A stretch of DNA of 64,000 nucleotides, from IMG/VR virus record IMGVR_UViG_3300046559_001153, positions 62,001 to 126,000 of that record; one strand, written 5' to 3'. The first letter of the stretch is position 1; each line of letters opens with the position of its first letter. A program made the position numbers and the translations under genes. Of this stretch, positions 9,993 to 19,408 are shown piece after piece. The notes under the pieces were generated by a model. It saw nothing but the letters and a program-made list of their open reading frames with translations, did no database searches and had not been told where the DNA came from.

Positions 9993-10850
9993 ATGTCAAC
10001 TGAGTTGATCAGATCTCCCGCAGCAACCGAGGCGTCACTGGCTAAGATTCTCGAGGACATGAGCCCCGAGCTTCTCACGTCCAGAAACACGATTGCTGGA
10101 ATTCTCAAAGCGGGTGAAGAGGCTCTGCTGCTCCAGCACTGGGACCTCGGCTCCGAAGTGCAAAGGATCAAACAGAACCCGGACCAGTTCGGAGAGAACT
10201 CCGTGGAGAAGGTGGCCCAATCGCTGGCCATGGACGGTTTCTCGTACCTCAAACCGACCCGCCTGTACGACGCGATGGAGATGGTTGAGTGCTGGCCTGA
10301 CCGCGCTCAGATCGAGCAATTCGCTGTCGAGGGTCTTTTGACCGTGCAGCACCTGACCGAGTTGAAGCGTATTGCGTCGTCCAAAGACCGCAACAAGATG
10401 CTGAAACGCGTTGTCGACAAGAGGCTGTCTGCCATCCAGGTCCGAAACGAGATCCGCGGCGATGGCGTCGGTATGAATCGCAAATCCACCGGCAACACGG
10501 GACGTCCGGTGAAAAAGCCGTCGTCTACGGCGGCCGGTCTCAAGCAGATGTCTCTTTTCATCCAGAAGGGCCAGAATCTCAATACGGCCATCTGGGTCGG
10601 CTACGTGCTGTCCCGTCTCGACAAGATGTCCGATACCAGCGTCACAGAGAAACTGGCAGGCGATGTGAGCCAGCTGGTTCTGGACATGGAAGAGTACATC
10701 AACGATTCGCGGACGACACTGGATCGATTGCGCAAGCTCGACCTCCGATTCAGGAAGCTGGTGGGGGGCAATGAAACCACCGGCGGAAAATCGAAGGCCA
10801 GCAAGATCCCGGCTAAGGCCGGCAAGAAGAAGGCAGGTGCTGCTGCCTGA
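9993..10850 (+). CDS. Hypothetical protein, N-terminus resembles DUF1016/YhcG N-terminal domain
   Basis: LLQHWDLGSEV...FGENSVEKVAQSL...FSYLKPTRLYDAMEMVECWPD resembles the YWxIG...YG..LS..L...FS..NL..M..FY..YP pattern; Lys-rich tail. Confidence 0.5.
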   Translation: MSTELIRSPAATEASLAKILEDMSPELLTSRNTIAGILKAGEEALLLQHWDLGSEVQRIKQNPDQFGENSVEKVAQSLAMDGFSYLKPTRLYDAMEMVECWPDRAQIEQFAVEGLLTVQHLTELKRIASSKDRNKMLKRVVDKRLSAIQVRNEIRGDGVGMNRKSTGNTGRPVKKPSSTAAGLKQMSLFIQKGQNLNTAIWVGYVLSRLDKMSDTSVTEKLAGDVSQLVLDMEEYINDSRTTLDRLRKLDLRFRKLVGGNETTGGKSKASKIPAKAGKKKAGAAA

Positions 10851-11017
10851 TAACGTACAAAATCTATCGATGGGTTGACGGCGAGTGGAAATTCTGGATG
10901 TGGGCTCGCGGTCGATCAGAGAAACAGATCGTCGCTGCTGTGGCTTTTCGAAGCGGAGTTTCTCGCAATCGAATCAAAGCCGAGCAGTCCGAGATACCGC
11001 AGATCGCTGACGAATAA
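10847..11017 (+). CDS. Small hypothetical protein (56 aa) with apparent CTG start
   Basis: Open frame MITYKIYRWVDGEWKFWMWARG... fills the whole gap; CTG overlaps TGA of the previous gene like an ATGA junction. Confidence 0.5.
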   Translation: MITYKIYRWVDGEWKFWMWARGRSEKQIVAAVAFRSGVSRNRIKAEQSEIPQIADE

Positions 11018-11030
11018 GGAGTCCTAGCTG

Positions 11031-11831
11031 ATGATCTCGATCAATGTCCTGCTATTCGGCGACTACACCGACCTGGCCGAACGCTGTTTGCGTTCGATCT
11101 GTCCAATTCTGATACCCGGGAAAATCTCGGATGTCAGAATTGGACTTAACGGTGTGTCGCAGGAATCGCGGGGTGTTGTCAGAGACTGGCTGGCTACTCT
11201 GCCTGACGGGATCGACTGGAAAGTGTTTGATCCCGGCAAGAACGTCTGGAAGTATCCGCTCATGCGTCGCATGTTTCATAATGACAAACCACCGATGGTC
11301 ATGGGGGCCCAGGTAGCAAAGCCCCCATTGACCATGTGGTTCGACGACGACTCTCATTTGCAATTCGCTGACGCCGTTTCTGGTGCTCGATTTTTGAATC
11401 TGATTGAGTCCGAGTTTACAAAGCCGGCAGTTGGCATGCTGGGCGAGATCTGGCAGAAAAGGTTATTGCCTGGCCAGGAAGAGTGGGTCAAGAGCCGTCC
11501 CTGGTACGCGGGTGGCCCCGTTGCCACTATGACCAGATTTGCTACCGGTGGATGGTGGACCATTCGCACATCGCTGCTTCGCAAGTTTGACTGGCCCGAT
11601 CCGACCATTCGCCATAACGGGGGCGACACGTCACTTGCTCAAATGCTCTTTCAGCAGAAGTATCAGATCATTGATATCCGCGGCCGTCATTGGGTCAAAG
11701 TCAATGACGCCCCTCGTCGCGGGGAGAATCAGACTCCGGCGGGCCAAAATTTCAAGCGTGGTGTCGACGTCGATTTGTCGCACCACGATTTCACATGTCA
11801 GGTTTTATCTAGAGGAGCTGACCGGTTATGA
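11031..11831 (+). CDS. GT-A fold (family 2-like) glycosyltransferase
   Basis: ISINVLLFG...AERCLRSI...RIGLNG N-terminal strand/helix pattern; WFDDD DxD motif; HNGGD. Confidence 0.65.
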   Translation: MISINVLLFGDYTDLAERCLRSICPILIPGKISDVRIGLNGVSQESRGVVRDWLATLPDGIDWKVFDPGKNVWKYPLMRRMFHNDKPPMVMGAQVAKPPLTMWFDDDSHLQFADAVSGARFLNLIESEFTKPAVGMLGEIWQKRLLPGQEEWVKSRPWYAGGPVATMTRFATGGWWTIRTSLLRKFDWPDPTIRHNGGDTSLAQMLFQQKYQIIDIRGRHWVKVNDAPRRGENQTPAGQNFKRGVDVDLSHHDFTCQVLSRGADRL

Positions 11832-12277
11832 ATTTCACTTACCTGCCGCCAATCCTGGCGTCGGTGGCAAATTACTCTGACCCATCCCCAACGGCTGACC
11901 AGCCGATTTTTGCTCTTCCTCGTAAGGGGTCTGAACAGTGGGCAGTGCCTTTGACACTGGATGGGGACGAGACCAAGTGGTCTCTCACGTCACAGGGAGA
12001 CATTGTTCGTTTGCCCCTGCATTCGCCGTCTGGCGGTTATAACACGCCGGAAGCGCGTGACGTGTCTGTGATTGCCGCGGCCATTGCTCTGGGGATGCAA
12101 CTCGCATCCCAGTTCAAGGAACGTTTCTGCGACGTCGACCATCCGCGGTTTTCGCCGGTCGCCGTCCAGCTGGTAATCGGGGATGCTGTGCACGAGTTTG
12201 CGCCCGGGGGAATCGGCCCGAATTCTCCGGCAATGTTTCGCTTCTATTTGGGCATCGCTTTTCGAGACAAGGACTAA
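11828..12277 (+). CDS. Hypothetical protein
   Basis: ATGA-coupled ORF in gene array. Confidence 0.65.
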   Translation: MNFTYLPPILASVANYSDPSPTADQPIFALPRKGSEQWAVPLTLDGDETKWSLTSQGDIVRLPLHSPSGGYNTPEARDVSVIAAAIALGMQLASQFKERFCDVDHPRFSPVAVQLVIGDAVHEFAPGGIGPNSPAMFRFYLGIAFRDKD

Positions 12278-12280
12278 GCA

Positions 12281-12634
12281 ATGGCTGAAGGTACAGATCA
12301 CCGGTATGTGTTGACCAAGCTGGCCGCCCTGCTGGCCGAGCTGGAAACACAATTTGACGCCCATCTTTACTGGCAGCGTTTGTTGAATGATCCCACGGCG
12401 CCGGGCCTGTCGACGATCTATGTGCCCGAGACTGACAATTCAGAGGACAAGCTAGGCCGACTCGATCTGTCAGTGTTGTCACCAGACACATATCAGGCCT
12501 TGGTGACAGCCCAGCTGTCTGGCTCTTTCGTCAATTACAGCCGATCCTGGGACGAGGTCAGTAAATTGGCCAATCATGTTTTACAAGCGTTGACGGCTCC
12601 CGCGCAACCTCCGGCCCCAGTCCCACCATCATGA
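12281..12634 (+). CDS. Hypothetical protein
   Basis: Co-oriented ORF in tight array. Confidence 0.65.
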   Translation: MAEGTDHRYVLTKLAALLAELETQFDAHLYWQRLLNDPTAPGLSTIYVPETDNSEDKLGRLDLSVLSPDTYQALVTAQLSGSFVNYSRSWDEVSKLANHVLQALTAPAQPPAPVPPS

Positions 12635-13524
12635 TCGCCCGACTCCCACTCGCCCTGCAGAGAACAGCCAGGATCAGGCATGACGTGCTCAGCCTGTTGA
12701 CGATCGACTACAACAACTGTGTATTTGACGGCGAGAGTATCGACTCGCTGGTTAGCGATCTTCGTCAAATTATGCCGGCTATGACAAAGCCGACCGTCCT
12801 GGCCAGCTGCGTGAAATACCTGATCGGGCAACGGCCGAGCCCGGCAGCGCTCGAGTTGTTGGCCTGGCGGTTGGGTGGTAACTATTACCGAATAGCCCGA
12901 CGCCGGGTTGTTCTGCCGTGGCGTGGCCAGTCGATCGATGAGTGGGTACCTGCCTATGTCGATCAGGCCCGCCCCTACATTACAAAAAGGGGTAAGCACG
13001 GTTACATCTTCCGATTCAAGATTCTGGCTGGTTTTACAGCCGGGCTGCTGACTGAGCAGTTCTGGAGCGATTCATTCTGCCGGTTTATAAGTCGTGATTG
13101 CGGATTTACGCGTCGAGGATCCGGGGCAAGGTTTCAGCAGGGAAACCAATTTGTCCTGCTGCGATTCATGTTGCGAATTTCCGCGGTCAAATCCGTGACG
13201 CAGCCTGTCTTCGAGGGTGTGATGACTCCGGTCCCGTCGCCCTTGTTGAAATGGAATCGTGACATCGGGAAGAGTCGTGACCGGATGACCCCGTTTGAGG
13301 GGTGCCCGCCAGGCTACCAACGCCCTCTTGTGCTGCCATGTCATCTCTGCGATGTTGGTTTTGAGACGTGCAAAAACGGGACACACCGACGACAGTACGT
13401 CCGCGGTTACTGCACGATGTGCGACACGATCGACAGCTGGATTGATCCAGAATTCGATGACTCTGTGTGCATTCGATGCCTGTTTAAGGTGCGGATCAAT
13501 CCGGCCAAAGCTGTGTTGACGTAA
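12631..13524 (+). CDS. Hypothetical protein with C-terminal Cys cluster (putative Zn finger)
   Basis: CHLC..C..C...CTMC...CIRC near C-terminus; ATGA overlap. Confidence 0.65.
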   Translation: MIARLPLALQRTARIRHDVLSLLTIDYNNCVFDGESIDSLVSDLRQIMPAMTKPTVLASCVKYLIGQRPSPAALELLAWRLGGNYYRIARRRVVLPWRGQSIDEWVPAYVDQARPYITKRGKHGYIFRFKILAGFTAGLLTEQFWSDSFCRFISRDCGFTRRGSGARFQQGNQFVLLRFMLRISAVKSVTQPVFEGVMTPVPSPLLKWNRDIGKSRDRMTPFEGCPPGYQRPLVLPCHLCDVGFETCKNGTHRRQYVRGYCTMCDTIDSWIDPEFDDSVCIRCLFKVRINPAKAVLT

Positions 13525-13539
13525 CTATCTAAAAAGTTA
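13522..13539. promoter_or_regulatory. 18-bp palindromic motif copy 2 (TAACTATCTAAAAAGTTA)
   Basis: Overlaps stop codon and abuts AGGAG SD of next gene. Confidence 0.65.
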
Positions 13540-13551
13540 AGGAGCAATCAA

Positions 13552-14001
13552 ATGGGACTGACAACTGACCCGAATGACCCGTGCCTGAGGGAACATGAAC
13601 CCGACGGGCAACAGTCTTGTTATCTCGTTCTCTCGGAAGAGGAGCGGGCTAAAGGTTTTGTTCGTCCAGTTCGCACCAAGTACATACACGTTGGTTGTCG
13701 TCCGAAAGGCCCCACCCGCGAGCTGACGGCCAAAGAACACGAGCAGTATGACCAGTTTGGATATGTGCTCTTTGAGCCGTCCACTGGTTCTGAGGGGTCT
13801 GGCCTCGGCCGATACTGGACTAAGGATCGTCTTGAGAGCGGATGCGGCGCAGAGACGACAATGCCTCAAGCCATTGCCGAGACGTACGCGAGAGACCCGA
13901 CGTATTACGGGGGCACGTTTTGCTGCAATTGCGGCAAGCATTTCCCTGTCGGCGTCGACGGTGAGTTTGTCTGGGAAGACGGCAGTCGAGTCGGGACGTA
14001 A
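13552..14001 (+). CDS. Conserved phage hypothetical protein (Zn-binding)
   Basis: YLVLSEEERAKGFVRPVR..YIH..C ... CGAETTM..AIAETYARDP.YYGGTFC..C..HFP pattern recognised from other phage genomes. Confidence 0.7.
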   Translation: MGLTTDPNDPCLREHEPDGQQSCYLVLSEEERAKGFVRPVRTKYIHVGCRPKGPTRELTAKEHEQYDQFGYVLFEPSTGSEGSGLGRYWTKDRLESGCGAETTMPQAIAETYARDPTYYGGTFCCNCGKHFPVGVDGEFVWEDGSRVGT

Positions 14002-14029
14002 CTGTTAATCATTCAATTGAAAGGGACAT

Positions 14030-14473
14030 GTGGATACTTCTGCAAACGCATTTCAAGACGTAGCTGTAAAAACGGAGAGCATGCCGACAACGGGCCCGCT
14101 GCCCAAGATGGAAGCTGACGAAATTACCCGACTGATGCATGCCGTGCTTGGTGTGCAGTCTGAAGCCGGCGAACTGGCTGACATCCTGAAGAGGCATTTG
14201 TTCTATGGCCAGCCGCTCGATCTGGTTCATATCGCCGAGGAGCTGGGCGACATCTGTTGGTACATCGCGATCGGGACCGACGCGGCCGGGTTCCCGTTGG
14301 GTAACGTGTTCAACGCAATCAGCGACAAGCTGAGAGTCAGGTACGGGGATGAATTTGACATGGCAAAGGCAGCCGAGAAGGCCCGCGACCGACCAGCCGA
14401 ACGACGGGCGATGATGGCAGCTTTGTTTGATGGACTGAACAAACCGGAGGTACCCAGTGTCCCTGCAGCTTAG
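14030..14473 (+). CDS. MazG-like nucleotide pyrophosphohydrolase
   Basis: LGVQSEAGELADILKRHLFYG...EELGDICWY motif. Confidence 0.85.
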   Translation: MDTSANAFQDVAVKTESMPTTGPLPKMEADEITRLMHAVLGVQSEAGELADILKRHLFYGQPLDLVHIAEELGDICWYIAIGTDAAGFPLGNVFNAISDKLRVRYGDEFDMAKAAEKARDRPAERRAMMAALFDGLNKPEVPSVPAA

Positions 14474-14966
14474 AAGCCGTGACAGCAACGACCAGCGATT
14501 CACCGATCCCAATCGTGACATGGCTCACTGTTTCCCTAACCTGGTCATGGGGGCCGCCCAACTGATCGACAGTGAAAGATGGCCTGTGTTTCGTGAGTAT
14601 CTATTCAAAAACAACGTCCAGACAGACGACCTGAACGAGGTCATGCTGGCGTTGTGCGCCTTTACGCAGTCCTGCCTGGAGCTGCCAGAAGAGACTGTTG
14701 ACGAATGCCTGCGACGCTCCGGGTTTCAAGCTTGCCGACAGGAGGCCGTTATGGCCTATCTGGCTGCCCTCGGAAGCGTCGTCCTCGGAGGCGTCTTCTC
14801 CGGGCGACGGATGGCCTATCTGGGTGAAGGGACCATCAACCACCCGTACAGCATGATGACGGCCGCCAGGAGGTTTATCAAATTGTCCGGTCTCCCGCCC
14901 TGGCGACGTAAACTGTACTTCTTGTGGAAGGACATTCGCCGAATTATCCGCCGTCTTGGCAAGTAG
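14457..14966 (+). CDS. Hypothetical protein
   Basis: ORF in array; start may be ATG at 14520. Confidence 0.6.
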   Translation: MSLQLRSRDSNDQRFTDPNRDMAHCFPNLVMGAAQLIDSERWPVFREYLFKNNVQTDDLNEVMLALCAFTQSCLELPEETVDECLRRSGFQACRQEAVMAYLAALGSVVLGGVFSGRRMAYLGEGTINHPYSMMTAARRFIKLSGLPPWRRKLYFLWKDIRRIIRRLGK

Positions 14967-14975
14967 GAATCTTGA

Positions 14976-15542
14976 ATGATTTTTTCTATCGATCCCTCGC
15001 TGACTGGCACAGCCGTCTGTTTGTGGGATCCGTTAAAACACGAACCAGACCTCGTTCGACGTTTCGAGTCAGACGCGACACATACCCTGGTCGATCGCAT
15101 TCGCCGTTATCGCCGTTTAGTCCGATCCGTGTTGTCGTGCTTTGATTTTGCCAAAGTGACCCTCATCTTGATCGAGGGTTACAGCATGGGCTCTAAGGGT
15201 GCCGCGGTGACTGGTTTGGCTGAGTACGGCGGCATTCTTCGAAATCAGCTGGTGCGCAAAGATGGGCCCCCTGTCATTGAAGTGTCGCCCCACTCGTTGA
15301 AGAAGTTCGCGACCGGAAAAGGGAACTGCAACAAGGGCTTTGTTCAGGCCCATGTGGCCCGTCGCTGGCAAATCATTTACGAGACTGACGACGAGATCGA
15401 CGCCTACGTGCTGGCGCGGATGGGCCTGTGCTATCTCGATGACGCGGCGTTTGAGACCACTGGCCAGCGCGAGGTGATTGATAAACTCAAGAACCCGGTC
15501 GGCAAATCAAAAAAGAAACGAAAGGCAAAAAATGACGGATGA
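14976..15542 (+). CDS. ruvC: RuvC-like Holliday junction resolvase
   Basis: SIDPSLTGTA, LIEGYS, SLKKFATGKGN.NK, DDEIDAY catalytic D/E/D/D layout. Confidence 0.85.
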   Translation: MIFSIDPSLTGTAVCLWDPLKHEPDLVRRFESDATHTLVDRIRRYRRLVRSVLSCFDFAKVTLILIEGYSMGSKGAAVTGLAEYGGILRNQLVRKDGPPVIEVSPHSLKKFATGKGNCNKGFVQAHVARRWQIIYETDDEIDAYVLARMGLCYLDDAAFETTGQREVIDKLKNPVGKSKKKRKAKNDG

Positions 15543-16566
15543 ACCGATGCCTGATCCTGCGACCCCTGTGGAGCCGCCGGCCGAACCCTCGAAGGAAGAG
15601 CAAGAGGCGGCTTTCAACGAGTGCCGAATGCTGTGCGAAACAGACCACGCTATCAACGAGGCCTTTCACGCTGTAGCCACAGCCAGATACGTGCATCAGA
15701 CGGCCAAAAATCGAATGCTCGAACTGGTGAGGGCAAAAGCCAAAGAGAAGCTGACAGAGTTGATGATCACCAGCGCGTCTATGTTCGAATCTGAGCACAA
15801 CCAGATCACACTGCAGCAGGTCCGCGACCGACACGTCAATATCCTGACGCCATTCCTGTTGAAGTTGATCGGCACCTGTGAGGAGGAAGAGAAGCAAGCA
15901 CGCCACGCAGACATAATGCAGGCAGAGGAACAACGTCGTAAGCGTCCGTTGGCTATCGGCGATCTGACCCTGGATCGTAACCGGTCAATCATCGTGCCTG
16001 TTTACTGGCTGCCTTCGGTGAGCGTGTTGATCGAGCAGTTGCTGCTGTCTCTTCCGGATGACCATAACATGCGCATCGTCCGTTTGACTAACTTCAAGTC
16101 TCACCCCGACGCGGCTAAGAGGTGTGTCGAGGTGCCGGCCAAGATCTTTGACGGAATGGCTCAGTCGGCCGACCGATTTCGACATGCGATTACGTCGCTG
16201 GTTCAAGAACGACTACGACAACCCTCAGTTGACATTGTGATCATTGACGACTTGCTCAAGCTTGGGCAGCCGTCAATCTTTGGAATGGACCCGGTGCGAC
16301 ACGCTGCCGCCATGCATAAGAACATGAGAAATGGCCTGAGAGAAGTCGGCGCTGTGTTGATTGCCGGCTTTCAGACTGACTTGTCTCCATCTACGGATCC
16401 GAAAGACAGCACATGGGGCCCATTGGCCCAGTTTACTCGCATCCTGGCTATGGACGTGCGTGATCCTGTCGAGGGTATCCGCCGTATTGAGTGGGGTCCT
16501 TTGACGTTTCGAGTCGACGAGGAAACCTGGGACAAAGCCCGAGGCCTCGGGCTCATTGTCCCCTAG
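15532..16566 (+). CDS. Hypothetical protein; C-terminal half may be a degenerate RecA/DnaB-like fold lacking Walker A
   Basis: VDIVIIDDLL and MRNGLREVGAVLIAGFQT resemble DnaB DYLQL and LK.LA.EL.VPVI.LSQL; no GxxxxGK. Confidence 0.35.
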   Translation: MTDEPMPDPATPVEPPAEPSKEEQEAAFNECRMLCETDHAINEAFHAVATARYVHQTAKNRMLELVRAKAKEKLTELMITSASMFESEHNQITLQQVRDRHVNILTPFLLKLIGTCEEEEKQARHADIMQAEEQRRKRPLAIGDLTLDRNRSIIVPVYWLPSVSVLIEQLLLSLPDDHNMRIVRLTNFKSHPDAAKRCVEVPAKIFDGMAQSADRFRHAITSLVQERLRQPSVDIVIIDDLLKLGQPSIFGMDPVRHAAAMHKNMRNGLREVGAVLIAGFQTDLSPSTDPKDSTWGPLAQFTRILAMDVRDPVEGIRRIEWGPLTFRVDEETWDKARGLGLIVP

Positions 16567-16578
16567 TAGGAGAACAGG

Positions 16579-17226
16579 ATGGCCCGCGGCAAGAAGATCG
16601 ATGAGTGGGAGTTTGAAATTGACAGCGTGATCGTCGTGATCCCCGTCTACATGCAAAAGGCCAAGTACGAGACACAGTTCAACGCATTGGCTCCCCAGTA
16701 CGAGTTGAACATGTGGGATAAAGACATCAACAAGCTTAAAGATGCGACGCGGGACGAACTGGCCGCCAAGCTGAGTGTTGTCTGGGAGCGATTCATTTAC
16801 GTCACATTCTGTGGGGTGAATGACCAGCCAACTGTTTACGACGACGATAACGCAGAGGAACTCGCCGAAAAACAACTCACAGGCGAATTCGAGGTTTTTA
16901 GTGGTCTGCAGTACGAGATCGTGGAGATAACCACCCGTGGTGACGGCGATAAGATGCATCGTCATCTACACGGGAATTATGGGAGCAGGGCGCTAAGCGG
17001 TCTTCCGCATACTGGTGTAGAGGCCCGCAATCTGCATTACGACTGGAAGCCGACGACGTCTGCCCTGATACCGTATACGCCTGAGAACATTGAAGCTCTG
17101 GAGACGATCCGCGGCCAGTTCATCGCGTTGAATAAGCTGCTCAAAGACCGGTTCATGCCGGACAAGATCGACGCCCTGCTGACAGAAGTTACGTCAAGTA
17201 AGTTGCGGCTCATGTACACCCCGTAA
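16579..17226 (+). CDS. Hypothetical protein
   Basis: AGGAGA SD, clean ORF. Confidence 0.7.
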   Translation: MARGKKIDEWEFEIDSVIVVIPVYMQKAKYETQFNALAPQYELNMWDKDINKLKDATRDELAAKLSVVWERFIYVTFCGVNDQPTVYDDDNAEELAEKQLTGEFEVFSGLQYEIVEITTRGDGDKMHRHLHGNYGSRALSGLPHTGVEARNLHYDWKPTTSALIPYTPENIEALETIRGQFIALNKLLKDRFMPDKIDALLTEVTSSKLRLMYTP

Positions 17227-17241
17227 CTTTTCAAAAAGGTA
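17224..17241. promoter_or_regulatory. 18-bp palindromic motif copy 3 (TAACTTTTCAAAAAGGTA)
   Basis: Overlaps stop codon; 17/18 identical to copy 1. Confidence 0.7.
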
Positions 17242-17262
17242 ATTCATTTACAGAAAGAAATC

Positions 17263-17961
17263 GTGCAGAACACAAGCATTTTGTTCGTTGGTTATTCCAT
17301 CAGCGTCAAGGAATCGCTCGAAGGGCTTGTCCCCAACTGGCCGCCAGACGCTGTTGATGCGATCCCGGCCGGCGAGGCCGCCGTTTTGGAGGCGCGAGAG
17401 GATGTCCGCAAACGGGTTGCGGAAGATCCCGCCGTCCATTTGTTCGACCTGGCCCGAGTGGTGATCCTTGATCCGCAGGCCGAAACTGTGTTTGACACAG
17501 CTACGATCGATAAGCCAGCCGTTTCGACCGCCGCTGGCTGGCTGCTGGATCATTACCCCGACGCCTGGGGATTGACGCCGTTCCATTACACCAGCGGTCC
17601 TCCCAAGGTGTCGTTCTACGGTTTTGACATGCGTCTGTTCCTCAAACTGCTGGGACTCGGCGCCGCTCAGCTGGGACAAGCCTTGCCCGCCGGCTTGTGG
17701 TACAGCAACACCGACCATCGTGACATGGAAGGCGCTCTATTGCCCAGCCAGTGCACCGCCAAGAAGTTCACGCTGATGCAGGCGATGAAGTCTATCGGCA
17801 TGCTGGACGATCCGGAAAACCAGATTGATTCTACCTGGGAACCCAAGAAGGATCCGATGATCGACGTTCGAATTGCGTCCGAGATCGCGACCAGGTTGGG
17901 ATTGCTTCTAGTGAAGAAGGTTGAGAAGATCGGCGGCAAAACCAAGACCCGATCCAAGTGA
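17263..17961 (+). CDS. Hypothetical protein, weak resemblance to PolB-type 3'-5' exonuclease fold (first acidic motif missing)
   Basis: FYGFDMRLFL...WY..TDHRDM...FTLMQAMK pattern; GTG start after GAAAG. Confidence 0.35.
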   Translation: MQNTSILFVGYSISVKESLEGLVPNWPPDAVDAIPAGEAAVLEAREDVRKRVAEDPAVHLFDLARVVILDPQAETVFDTATIDKPAVSTAAGWLLDHYPDAWGLTPFHYTSGPPKVSFYGFDMRLFLKLLGLGAAQLGQALPAGLWYSNTDHRDMEGALLPSQCTAKKFTLMQAMKSIGMLDDPENQIDSTWEPKKDPMIDVRIASEIATRLGLLLVKKVEKIGGKTKTRSK

Positions 17962-17968
17962 GACTGCC

Positions 17969-18661
17969 ATGACGCCAAAGCCGCACGGAGTAACGACTAA
18001 TTCGACACGCTTCGGCCCGGATGAGGTGAGCTACAAACCTTTTCCGCTGGGCCAGGCCAAGTCGTTAACTGAGCTGGGCGGAAGCCTGGCTTTCTTTACT
18101 CCGGCGATTCTGTTTTTGAAGATCGGCATGCACAACGGACCCTTTGCCGATTTCCAGGCGGAGATCGGCAAGGACGTCCCGTTCTACCATCACCGGTTCA
18201 ATTCACAGATATTCAAAGGCCTCGAATCTCCAAACGGTAACCAGGAGTGGAACCACGTGCTGTTTGCCTTGCCGAGCGAGCACTCAGACGCCTTCCTGCG
18301 ATTTATGGATTCGATCGTCATGATGAAGGAAAACGGATCGGGCAATCAGCCACTGACAGTCCGCGTTGGTCTACAGGCTTTGCAGATTGAAGATCCTCTG
18401 ATGCACGATAAGGCCGTCATTCTGCCGCCTGTGATTCCGAGCATTGACATCACTGTTCTTGGGGCCGATACGAATATCGGTATGCTGTACATGGAGCCCG
18501 GGACACCGGCCCAGCTGTGCGCCGGGAGCCCCAGTCCGAGGATGCAGAAATTTGCCAGAGACATGGTCAACGGTAAGAATCCACATACCGAGTCTGACGC
18601 TGCCTACTACAAACAGCTGTTCGACGCGGCTACTAAACCGAAAGAGAAACCCGATGATTGA
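17969..18661 (+). CDS. Hypothetical protein
   Basis: ORF in array. Confidence 0.65.
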   Translation: MTPKPHGVTTNSTRFGPDEVSYKPFPLGQAKSLTELGGSLAFFTPAILFLKIGMHNGPFADFQAEIGKDVPFYHHRFNSQIFKGLESPNGNQEWNHVLFALPSEHSDAFLRFMDSIVMMKENGSGNQPLTVRVGLQALQIEDPLMHDKAVILPPVIPSIDITVLGADTNIGMLYMEPGTPAQLCAGSPSPRMQKFARDMVNGKNPHTESDAAYYKQLFDAATKPKEKPDD

Positions 18662-18935
18662 GCTCGAATTTCCGCCCGAAGTTGATGTCCAAGTTTCGAA
18701 GGATGCCGCGGGACACACGAAAATAGTTCTGACTCCCCGGTTCTACTCGAAGCGAGGCCAGGTGGCACTGGGCTACCTTACGACCACGTTCAAGTCGCAG
18801 CAGAAACCGGACGACAAGTATATGCTGCGAATCTCCGGTGCGACCGGCTTGATCACCTTCCGATCGGCCGACAGGGCGGTTGAGCCGGCCTTCCTGACGC
18901 CGGAGCCACCCCCTGACAAGAAGGCAGGCACATGA
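18654..18935 (+). CDS. Hypothetical protein
   Basis: ATG overlapping previous stop; ATGA overlap with next. Confidence 0.6.
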   Translation: MIELEFPPEVDVQVSKDAAGHTKIVLTPRFYSKRGQVALGYLTTTFKSQQKPDDKYMLRISGATGLITFRSADRAVEPAFLTPEPPPDKKAGT

Positions 18936-19408
18936 TCAATCCGACTCCCGAGACAGTTGTTCCCAGCCGTTTGAATTACGTCAAGGTGTTCGTCCGGTTC
19001 ACACATTTTAAGATGAGTCCGTACGCATTCAGCGATCACGCCGAGCAGTCCTGGCAACTGGTCAGTGACGATCCGGATATGGCTGAGACGATCAGTGCCT
19101 GGGTGGACGAGACCAAATCGCTTATCATCTCTGCTGAGACTAGGACTGATATTTCGCACGGTAACATGGCAAAGGTCGTGTCTCAGACCACCACAGTCAT
19201 TTACACGAAAGCGGTGGACTATCGTGGACGAGAACCAAGAAAAACCGGAACAGACGAGTCCGCCAGACTTATCCACGGGCCCCGACCCGGTCCAACTGAC
19301 TCCAGCCCCGGATCCGTCAACCCAGGAGACGTTGTCCCCGCCGGCCCCGAAGTCGACCTGGAACGAGTTCCTATCTCACTGCAGTCCGGCAGCGAAGTCG
19401 GCGCTTAA
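18932..19408 (+). CDS. Hypothetical protein (3' end overlaps next gene by about 185 nt)
   Basis: ATGA-coupled start. Confidence 0.55.
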   Translation: MINPTPETVVPSRLNYVKVFVRFTHFKMSPYAFSDHAEQSWQLVSDDPDMAETISAWVDETKSLIISAETRTDISHGNMAKVVSQTTTVIYTKAVDYRGREPRKTGTDESARLIHGPRPGPTDSSPGSVNPGDVVPAGPEVDLERVPISLQSGSEVGA

